A DNA stretch of 64,000 nt from Rhodothermales bacterium. GTDB taxonomy: Bacteria > Bacteroidota > Rhodothermia > Rhodothermales > JANQRZ01. The position numbers and the translations under genes are program-made. Numbering within the stretch: position 1 is the first letter of the stretch; each line of letters opens with the position of its first letter. Below, piece by piece: positions 29,155 to 36,359 of the stretch. A model generated the notes under the pieces. It saw only the letters and a program-made list of their open reading frames with translations, had not been told where the DNA came from and did no database searches. The stretch is from the NCBI GenBank assembly GCA_965215145.1, contig OZ244038.1, forward strand, positions 3,132,579 through 3,196,578, read 5' to 3'.

Positions 29155-29218
29155 GGGGCGGGGGATGTCCTGCGCGACGTCCCGCCCCCATATCGTAGGG
29201 GCGCAGCGTGCTGCGCCC
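29155..29218. terminator. Two GC-rich hairpins (REP-like) in the spacer between the two radical SAM genes
   Basis: One is an imperfect long stem, GGGGCGGGGGATGTC ... GACGTCCCGCCCC (29155-29189). The other is GGGCGCAG-CGTG-CTGCGCCC (29199-29218), 19 nt downstream (on the minus strand) of the stop at 29237. Both start with a (C)GTAGGGGC motif that recurs at other gene ends in this window. Confidence 0.35.
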
Positions 29219-29236
29219 GCGCGGTGGTGAGCAGAT

Positions 29237-30577
29237 TCAGGCGGTGGGGCGGAGGCCGAGGCGCCAGTCGCAGGTGTAGTAGCGGTGGAGGCGGTGGGCG
29301 TAGAACCGGTAGCCGAGGTTCGTCGCCACGGCGAGGGCCGGCTGCGTGCGCGCGCCGAGCAGCCGTTTGGCGATGCTCCGGTAGCGGTACGTCTGCTTCC
29401 ACGCCCACTCGGTCCCCTTCCAAAGCTGGTCGGGCGACATCTGGGCCGGCTCGAAGACGACGTGCTGCGCGTCGTACAGGCTCCAGTCCGTCGTGAGGAT
29501 GCGGCCCTCGGCGTCGAGGCGGCGGTAGAGCGGGGTACCGGGGAACGGGGTGAGCACGGCGAAGCGGGGGAGGTCCACGTTGGCTTCGTGGACGAACTGC
29601 GCCGTCTCGGCGAAGACGTCCGGGCCGTCGTGGTCGAACCCGAACACGAAGCAGCCCATCACCGCGATCCCCCGCCCGTGCAGCGCCTCGATCACCACCC
29701 GGTAGTCCTGGTGCCGATTGAACCCCTTCTTGGACTCTCCGAGCACGGCGTCCGAGAGCGACTCGAACCCGATCAGCAGCGCCCGGCAGCCGCTCCGCGC
29801 GGCGAGGTCAAGGAGCTCCTCGTCGCGCGCCATCAGCGTCGTGGCGAGCCCGCCCCACGTGACGCCCAGCGGGGCGAGCGCCTCGAAGAGCGCCTTCGCG
29901 TAGGCCACGTCGCCGATGAGGTTGAGGTCGAGGAAGAGCAACTTCCGCGCGCCCATCTGCCGGACGTCGTCCACCACCTCTGCGACGGGCCGCTGCATCG
30001 GGCCGCCCCAGGCCGTGGGGACGACGCAGAACGTGCAGCGGTGCTGACAGCCGCGCGTGGCCTCCAGCGTGTGGGCCTGCGCAAACCGCCCCTTCGGGAG
30101 GAGGTCGCGGCGGGGGTGCGGGCGCCCGGCCAGCGAGAGGCCGGGGGTCGGGCCGTAGCGGGGCCGCATCCGGCCGGCGGCGAAGTCGCGGACGAGTTCG
30201 GGCCACGTCTCCTCGGCGTAGCCGACGACGACGCTGTCGGCGTGAGCCTGCGCCTCACCGGGGGCGAGGGTGGGGTGGACGCCGCCGAGGACGACGGGGA
30301 CACCCCGCGCCCGGAGGCCGTCGGCGAGCTCGTAGGCGCGGGGGGCCGTGCCGGTGATCGCGCTGATTCCCACGAGGTCGGCGTCGAGCGCGGGGTCGAG
30401 GTCGGCGATGCCCTCGTCCACGAGCGTCACCTCGGTGGGGACATCGTCGGGGAGGAGCGCGGCCAGCGTGGTCAGCGTCAGCGGCGCGTAGCGCATCTGC
30501 TTCTTCCAGATCCCGGAGCCGTGGCGGTAGAGCGGCCCGCGCGGCGAGACGAGCGCGATGCGGAGCGGGTCGGGCAC
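29237..30577 (-). CDS. B12-binding-domain radical SAM protein (second copy)
   Basis: The C-terminal 446 codons of track ORF 29237..31999. B12-binding-like region: DLVGISAITGTAPRAYELADGLRARGVPVVLGGVH. Cluster motif: TRGCQHRCTFC. The domain order is the same as in the neighbouring paralogue. The GTG at 30577 (VPDPLRIALVSP...) mirrors the paralogue's start; an in-frame ATG at 30712 is the alternative. Confidence 0.85.
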   Translation of the reverse strand: MPDPLRIALVSPRGPLYRHGSGIWKKQMRYAPLTLTTLAALLPDDVPTEVTLVDEGIADLDPALDADLVGISAITGTAPRAYELADGLRARGVPVVLGGVHPTLAPGEAQAHADSVVVGYAEETWPELVRDFAAGRMRPRYGPTPGLSLAGRPHPRRDLLPKGRFAQAHTLEATRGCQHRCTFCVVPTAWGGPMQRPVAEVVDDVRQMGARKLLFLDLNLIGDVAYAKALFEALAPLGVTWGGLATTLMARDEELLDLAARSGCRALLIGFESLSDAVLGESKKGFNRHQDYRVVIEALHGRGIAVMGCFVFGFDHDGPDVFAETAQFVHEANVDLPRFAVLTPFPGTPLYRRLDAEGRILTTDWSLYDAQHVVFEPAQMSPDQLWKGTEWAWKQTYRYRSIAKRLLGARTQPALAVATNLGYRFYAHRLHRYYTCDWRLGLRPTA

Positions 30578-30811
30578 GGCGGGGGCTGGCGGGTGGAGGA
30601 GGGAAGATAGAGGATGGGTTGGGGTGGAGAGATCCCGGGCGTCCGCCCCACATCCTCTCGCTAATTCCCCCTTCGAAGTGGGACTTTCAGGGCTTTGCCT
30701 GCGGCCCTCCATCCCCCGCCCTCCGTCTTCTGCCCTCTGCTCACCGCACTCTGTCCACCGTCCCCCGTCTCCCGTCGCTATCCTCCCACCCTCCACGATT
30801 CGCCCTGCACT

Positions 30812-32080
30812 ATGCCCACCGCTGCCAGCCGCCGCCTCTCGTTCGAGAACGCCGAGGGCCACCGCCTCGCTGCCCGCCTCGACCTCCCCGCCGACGGGGA
30901 CCCCATCGCGTGCGCCCTCTTCGCCCACTGCTTCACCTGCTCGAAGGACCTCAAGGCCGCCGCCGCCATCGCCCGCGCGCTGACCCGCGAGGGCCTCGCC
31001 GTGCTCCGGTTCGACTTCACCGGGCTCGGGCAGAGCGAGGGGGAGTTCGCCGAGACCACGTTCTCCTCGAACCTCGACGACCTCGTCGCCGCGGCAGAAT
31101 GTCTCGCCGACGAGGTCGAGCCGCCGGCGCTGCTCGTGGGGCACTCGCTCGGGGGCGCCGCCGTGCTCCGCGCCGCCCACCGGATCCCCAGCGCGCGGGC
31201 CGTCGCCACCCTCGGCGCGCCGTGCAGCCCGGACCACGTCAGCCACCACTTCGCCGAGTCGCTCGACGAGATCGCGCTGGCCGGGCACGCGACGGTGGAC
31301 CTCGCGGGGCGGCCGTTCACGATCTCGAAGGCGTTCGTGGACGACCTCGGGGAGCACCGGATGCGCGAGGCCATCCGCACGCTCGACCGCGCGCTCCTCG
31401 TGTTCCACTCCCCCGTGGACCGGACCGTCGGCGTCGAGCAGGCCGCCGAGATCTTCCACGCCGCCAAGCACCCCAAGAGCTTCGTCTCGCTCGACACCGC
31501 CGACCACCTCCTGACCGACCCCCGCGACGCGGAGTACGCCGGGACGGTGCTCGCGGCGTGGGCCCGCCGCTACGTCGGGGCGCCGCAGGAGGAGGTCAAG
31601 CGCGCCGCCGAGCAGAGCCGCGTCGTCGCGCGGATCGGGCCGCGCGGCTTCCGCACGGAGCTCCTGGCGAACGGCCACCCCCTCGCCGCCGACGAGCCGG
31701 AGTCCGTCGGGGGGACGAACACGGGGCCGACGCCGTACGACCTCCTCGCCGCCGGCCTCGGCGCCTGCACCGCGATGACGCTCCGCCTCTACGCCGACCG
31801 GAAGGGGTGGCCGCTGGAGGAGGCCGTCGTCCGCCTCCAGCACCGCCAGACCCACGAGGCCGACTGCGAGGCCGCAGCCGAGGGGAACGGCAAGCCCGTC
31901 GCGATGGACCACCTCGACCGCGAGCTCGACCTCCTCGGCCCCCTCGACGACGAGCAGCGGGCCCGCCTCGCCGAGGTCGCCGACCGCTGCCCCGTCCACC
32001 AGACCCTCGAGCGCGGGGTCACGGTCAACACGACGGTCCGCGCGCCGAGCCCCGCCGCCGAGCCGCTCCCCGAGGCTTAA
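30812..32080 (+). CDS. Alpha/beta hydrolase fused to an OsmC/Ohr-family domain
   Basis: The hydrolase half shows FAHCFTCSK, LRFDFTGLGQSEG and the nucleophile elbow GHSLGG. The OsmC half shows GTNTGPTPYDLLAAGLGACTAMTLRLYA and CPVHQTL. ATG at 30812, within track ORF 30695..32080. Confidence 0.85.
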   Translation: MPTAASRRLSFENAEGHRLAARLDLPADGDPIACALFAHCFTCSKDLKAAAAIARALTREGLAVLRFDFTGLGQSEGEFAETTFSSNLDDLVAAAECLADEVEPPALLVGHSLGGAAVLRAAHRIPSARAVATLGAPCSPDHVSHHFAESLDEIALAGHATVDLAGRPFTISKAFVDDLGEHRMREAIRTLDRALLVFHSPVDRTVGVEQAAEIFHAAKHPKSFVSLDTADHLLTDPRDAEYAGTVLAAWARRYVGAPQEEVKRAAEQSRVVARIGPRGFRTELLANGHPLAADEPESVGGTNTGPTPYDLLAAGLGACTAMTLRLYADRKGWPLEEAVVRLQHRQTHEADCEAAAEGNGKPVAMDHLDRELDLLGPLDDEQRARLAEVADRCPVHQTLERGVTVNTTVRAPSPAAEPLPEA

Positions 32081-32086
32081 CCAACT

Positions 32087-32422
32087 ATGTGGGATTCCGT
32101 CCGCGATTGGTTCCTGGGGCTCGGCGCCGAGTACGGCGTGGACCCCATCGTCTTCGGGGCGATCTACGTCGGGGCCATCCCGCTCTTCACCGTCTGCCTT
32201 GCGTGGACGATCCGCAACCTCCGGCGGAAGCGGCCCGCCGCGCTGCCGGCGCTGCTGACGCTGTTCTTCTTCTCGTCGGCGTACCTCTACCTGCTGGCCG
32301 TGGGGATGAACATCCCGTGGTGGGTCTACGGCATCGTCGCGGCGATGGTCGGGCTGGGGATCTCCTCGACGGTGCAGAGGGTGCGGCGGGGGGTCCGTGA
32401 AGAGGGGCCGGGGGACGGATGA
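32087..32422 (+). CDS. Small membrane protein, unknown function
   Basis: 111 aa with three hydrophobic segments. It begins 7 nt after the preceding stop. No family recognised. Confidence 0.5.
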   Translation: MWDSVRDWFLGLGAEYGVDPIVFGAIYVGAIPLFTVCLAWTIRNLRRKRPAALPALLTLFFFSSAYLYLLAVGMNIPWWVYGIVAAMVGLGISSTVQRVRRGVREEGPGDG

Positions 32423-32492
32423 GGCCGGGGACGGATGAGGCCGGGGGACGAACGTAGCTTGCAGCCCCCTACTCCGGCCGCAACCCCTCCCA

Positions 32493-33935
32493 ATGCTCCG
32501 TTTCGTCCCCCTCCTCCTGGCCGCCGTGCTGGCGCCGGCCGCGCTCGCGCAGCCGCAGACCGTCCTCTTCCCCGGCCAGGACGACGCCGACCTCCGCGCC
32601 GCGCTCGTCGCGGACTACAAGCCGTCGTCGGTGCTCAGCTCCGCCGCGTCGAAGGACCGGATGTACGACACGGTCTGGCGCACGACCGAGGGCGGGGACG
32701 ACGGCGTCGAGGGCCTCTACACCGGGTTCTTCGTCGCCTTCGACTGCGACCCCTCCTGCGACCCCTCGCAGGACGTGTTCAACGCCCCGAACGAGAACAC
32801 CCTCGGCCTCAACCAGGAGCACATCTGGCCCCGCTCCGAGGGCACCGACGGCACGCAGGCCGAGCGCGACCTCCACGGCCTCGCCCCCACCTGGGTCCGC
32901 GCCAACTCCGACCGCGGGAGCCTCCCCTTCGACGAGATCCCCGACGCGCAGACCGACGACTGGTACCGTGAGAACTCGGTCCAGACGGACGACCCGCCGC
33001 TCGCGGAGCGCGACGCGTACAGCGAGCGCGACCGGAACGTGGCCTTCGAGCCGCGCGAGGAGGCGAAGGGCGACGTGGCCCGCGCCATGTTCTACGTCGC
33101 CACGGTGTACGAGGGGACGGTGGACATGGGCTTCTTCGACGGTCAGAAGGAGACGCTGCTCGACTGGCACTACGCCGACCCCGTGGACCCCGCCGAGTAC
33201 GACCGGACGTTCCGCGCCGCCGACTTCCAGCAGGACCTCCCGAACCCGTTCGTGCTCGACTCGACGCTGGCGCGGCGGGCGTTCTTCCCAGACATCGTCG
33301 TGAACCCGCCCGTCGCCGTCACGGCCGTGGTGGGAGGCTCGACCACGGTCGGGCCCGGCGGGGGGAGCATCGGCTACACGGTCACGCTGACGAACCCCGC
33401 CGCCGGCCCGCAGACGGTCGAGGCGTGGGTGATGGTGCTGCTCCCGGACGACACGTTGTTCGGGCCGGTCAAGGGGCCGACGGCGGTGGCGCTGCCGGGC
33501 GGCGGCGTCATCGGGCCGGTGCCGCTCGCGCTGAACGTGCCGTCGGCCGCGCCGGCGGGCGTCTACGTCGTCTCCGTCCGGGCCGGGACGTACCCCGCGC
33601 CGTTCACGGCCGAGGACAGCTTCATCTTCGAGAAGACGGGGGCCGTGAGCGCCGAGGCGGAGGCCGCGCCGGCGGCGTTCGCGTTGGAGGCCCCCTTCCC
33701 GAACCCGGCGGCCGGCGCGGTCACCGTCGGCCTCGTGACGCCGGAGTCGGGCGACGCACGGGTCGAGGTGACGGACCTGCTCGGCCGCCGCGTGGCGACG
33801 CTCGTAGACGGGCCGCTGGCGGCGGGCCGCCACATAGTGAGCTTCGACACGAGCGGGCTGCCAAGCGGCGTCTACCTCGTGCGGATGGGCGCCGACGGCT
33901 TCACCGCCGTCCAGCGGGTTACGCTAACGCGCTGA
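32493..33935 (+). CDS. Secreted endonuclease I-family nuclease with T9SS C-terminal sorting domain
   Basis: Signal peptide MLRFVPLLLAAVLAPAALAQ. Endonuclease-I-like blocks: LNQEHIWPRS, DLHGLAPTWVRANSDRGSLPF, EPREEAKGDVARAMFY and LLDWHYADPVD. The C-terminal ~80 aa end in ...GVYLVRMGADGFTAVQRVTLTR, which is T9SS CTD-like. Confidence 0.8.
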   Translation: MLRFVPLLLAAVLAPAALAQPQTVLFPGQDDADLRAALVADYKPSSVLSSAASKDRMYDTVWRTTEGGDDGVEGLYTGFFVAFDCDPSCDPSQDVFNAPNENTLGLNQEHIWPRSEGTDGTQAERDLHGLAPTWVRANSDRGSLPFDEIPDAQTDDWYRENSVQTDDPPLAERDAYSERDRNVAFEPREEAKGDVARAMFYVATVYEGTVDMGFFDGQKETLLDWHYADPVDPAEYDRTFRAADFQQDLPNPFVLDSTLARRAFFPDIVVNPPVAVTAVVGGSTTVGPGGGSIGYTVTLTNPAAGPQTVEAWVMVLLPDDTLFGPVKGPTAVALPGGGVIGPVPLALNVPSAAPAGVYVVSVRAGTYPAPFTAEDSFIFEKTGAVSAEAEAAPAAFALEAPFPNPAAGAVTVGLVTPESGDARVEVTDLLGRRVATLVDGPLAAGRHIVSFDTSGLPSGVYLVRMGADGFTAVQRVTLTR

Positions 33936-34116
33936 TCGCCCCTCCTGAACGAACGCTCGGAGCGGCCGGCAAGCCCCGCGCTGCTGGCCGCTCCGAGCCG
34001 CACCCGTCCCCTCTGAGCCAGATCTTCCTACCGGAGCGCACCACATCTGCCCCCTGCCAATCGTAGGCTTGCGGGGCTCACCCTGCTCCACCCTTCCCCC
34101 ACAGACTGCCCCGAAC

Positions 34117-35391
34117 ATGCGCTACGCACTCCCCCTCGCCGTCGGCCTCCTCCTGCTCGCGGCCCCAGCCTCTGCTCAGATCTCGCTGGGGCAAGAGGAC
34201 GACTTCCAGGACGGCACCCGCGAAGGCTGGCAGAACGGCGCCGTCGGCAGCGCCATCACCAACATCCCGAACGGCGGCCCGAACGGCGCCGGGGACCGGT
34301 TCCTCCAGGTCGTCGCGGACGGCAGCGGGCCGGCGGGCCGGCTCGTCGTCTTCAACGACGCGCAGTGGAGGGGGGACTACGTGGCGGCGGGCGTGACGGA
34401 GATCGAGGCGGACCTCCAGAACCTCGGCCAGACGGACCTCGACGTCCGGGTGTGGCTCGAAGGCGCGGGCGGCCGGTTCGTCTCGACGGACCCCGTGTCG
34501 CTGGCGCCCGGCAGCGGGTGGCGGGCGGCGACCTTCTCGGTCGAGCCCGGCGCGCTCACGTTCGCCGGCCAGGGCCCGAACGACGTAGACGCCACGCTCT
34601 CGAACGTGACGCGGCTGCGGATCTACCACGCGACCGTCCCCATTGCGCCGGGGCCGTTCATCGTGGGGACACTCGGCATCGACAACGTCACCGCCGGGCC
34701 GGCGGGCGGGGGGGGTGAGCTCGACCTCGAAGCCGAGAACACGACGCCGCTGACGGTGTCGGCTGGCGGCTCGGTGGGCTTCTCGTACACGATCGAGAAC
34801 TCGACGGACGCGCCCGCCACGGGCGACCTCTGGTACACGGCCTCGCCGGGCGGCGTCTCGGGCGTCATCCTCTCCGGCACCCTCCCGGCGGGGCAGACCC
34901 TCTCCGGCAGCTTCACGCAGGCGATCCCGCCGAGCGCCCCGGCCGGGACGTACACGTACACCCTCAACATCGGCGTCTTCCCCGGCTCCGTCGTGGACTC
35001 CGAGACGTTCACCCTCGTCATCACCTCCCCACTCCGGGCCGGCGAGGGGCCGGCCGGCTGGGCCGTGAGCCGGGTGACTCCGTGGACGCTGGCTACGGCG
35101 GCGACGTCGCGGAGTGTGTCGGCGCCTGAGGCGTTCGGGCTCTCCGGCGCGTGGCCGAACCCGTTCCGTGCGAGCACCACGCTCTCGCTTGACGTGCCGG
35201 CGGCGGGCCCCGTCTCCGTCACCGCCTACGACCTGCTGGGCCGGCGGGTGGCCGTGCTGATGGAAGGCGAGGTCGAGGCCGGCACGCACGCCGTCGCGTT
35301 CGAGCCGGCGGGGCTCCCGAGCGGGGTCTACGTCGTGAGCGCCCGCAGCGCGCACGGCACCTCGACGCGGCGGGTGACGCTGCTGCGCTGA
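34117..35391 (+). CDS. Secreted protein of unknown function with T9SS C-terminal sorting domain
   Basis: ATG at 34117 gives the signal peptide MRYALPLAVGLLLLAAPASAQ. There are beta-rich Ig-like middle regions. The C-terminus ...SGVYVVSARSAHGTSTRRVTLLR is T9SS CTD-like. Confidence 0.75.
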   Translation: MRYALPLAVGLLLLAAPASAQISLGQEDDFQDGTREGWQNGAVGSAITNIPNGGPNGAGDRFLQVVADGSGPAGRLVVFNDAQWRGDYVAAGVTEIEADLQNLGQTDLDVRVWLEGAGGRFVSTDPVSLAPGSGWRAATFSVEPGALTFAGQGPNDVDATLSNVTRLRIYHATVPIAPGPFIVGTLGIDNVTAGPAGGGGELDLEAENTTPLTVSAGGSVGFSYTIENSTDAPATGDLWYTASPGGVSGVILSGTLPAGQTLSGSFTQAIPPSAPAGTYTYTLNIGVFPGSVVDSETFTLVITSPLRAGEGPAGWAVSRVTPWTLATAATSRSVSAPEAFGLSGAWPNPFRASTTLSLDVPAAGPVSVTAYDLLGRRVAVLMEGEVEAGTHAVAFEPAGLPSGVYVVSARSAHGTSTRRVTLLR

Positions 35392-35504
35392 CGCCGGCTG
35401 TCTACTCCGCCGGTCACGCTGGGCTCGCGTGCGCGCGCGCGCACCGCCCCGTGAGGACTGGCAGACGCTTTGAGAGAGAGGGGGGCGCACCTGCCCCTCC
35501 CCCC

Positions 35505-36335
35505 ATGCTGCTCCACACCCGCCGCCGCCCTGCCCTCCTCGCCCTGCTCCTGATCGGAGCCGCCCTCCTCAGTGCCGGACTGCTCCTCTCCGGCTGCGTC
35601 ACCAGCGGCGTCAACCAGGGCGACGTGAACCTCATCTCGCTGGAGGAGGAGTGGGAGATGGGGCGCCAGATCGAGGCCGACATCAACCGGCAGGTCCGCC
35701 TCGTGGACGACCCCACGCTCCAGCGCTACGTGGAGCGCATGGGCCAGCAGATCGTAGCCCAGACGGAGCTGCGGGGGCTGCCGTGGCGGTTCCACGTCGT
35801 GCAGGACGACGCCGTCAACGCCTTCAACGCGCCGGGCGGGCTGGTCTACGTCCACACCGCCCTCCTCGCCGCCGCCGACAACGCGGCCGAGTTGGCCGGC
35901 GTGCTCGCCCACGAGGTCGTCCACGGCGTCTCGCGCCACGGCACCGAGCGGATGTCGAAGGTCTACGGCCTCCAGCTCGGCGCCGGCCTCGTGCTCGGGC
36001 AGGACCCCGGCCTCGTCTCGCAGGTCGCGGCGCAGGCCATCGCCGGCGGCGCCGTGGCGAAGTTCTCGCGCGACGACGAGCGCGAGGCCGACCGCCTCGG
36101 CGTCCGCTACATGGCCGCCGCCGGCTACGACCCGGAGGGGATGGCGACGATGTTCGAGGAGCTCCTCGCCGACCGCCGCCGGCGCCCCGGCGCCGTCGAG
36201 CGGTTCTTCTCGACGCACCCCGTGACGGAGGACCGCATCGCCGCCGTCCGCCGCGAGGCGCGGAGCGTCCGCCGCTCCGGCCTCGTCCGCGACGGCGGGT
36301 ACGCCCCGATCCAGGCCCGCGCCCGCCGCTACTGA
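35505..36335 (+). CDS. M48-family Zn metallopeptidase, lipoprotein
   Basis: Lipobox LLLSGC. HEVVH zinc motif within AGVLAHEVVHGVSRHG, then EREADRLG. ATG at 35505 within track ORF 35451..36335. Confidence 0.85.
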   Translation: MLLHTRRRPALLALLLIGAALLSAGLLLSGCVTSGVNQGDVNLISLEEEWEMGRQIEADINRQVRLVDDPTLQRYVERMGQQIVAQTELRGLPWRFHVVQDDAVNAFNAPGGLVYVHTALLAAADNAAELAGVLAHEVVHGVSRHGTERMSKVYGLQLGAGLVLGQDPGLVSQVAAQAIAGGAVAKFSRDDEREADRLGVRYMAAAGYDPEGMATMFEELLADRRRRPGAVERFFSTHPVTEDRIAAVRREARSVRRSGLVRDGGYAPIQARARRY

Positions 36336-36359
36336 CCCGACCGGTCCGGCCAGCGGGCG

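Noticed and set aside
30578-30811. Cobalamin riboswitch upstream of the B12-dependent radical SAM operon
   Set aside because: I could not find the conserved B12-box core (GCCACTG-like) on either strand of the spacer. An Infernal scan is needed for a definitive answer.
29237-31999. 920-aa ORF suggesting a giant radical SAM fusion protein
   Set aside because: The N-terminal half is antisense to the well-supported alpha/beta-hydrolase-OsmC gene and is compositionally aberrant. The radical SAM protein starts at about 30577 (or 30712).
32404-32452. Short tandem duplication CCGGGG(G)ACGGATGAGG x 2 plus a partial copy, at the 3' end of the small membrane-protein gene
   Set aside because: It has only about 2.5 copies of a 16-17-bp unit spanning the stop codon. 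This is most simply a local slippage duplication. There is no evidence of function.
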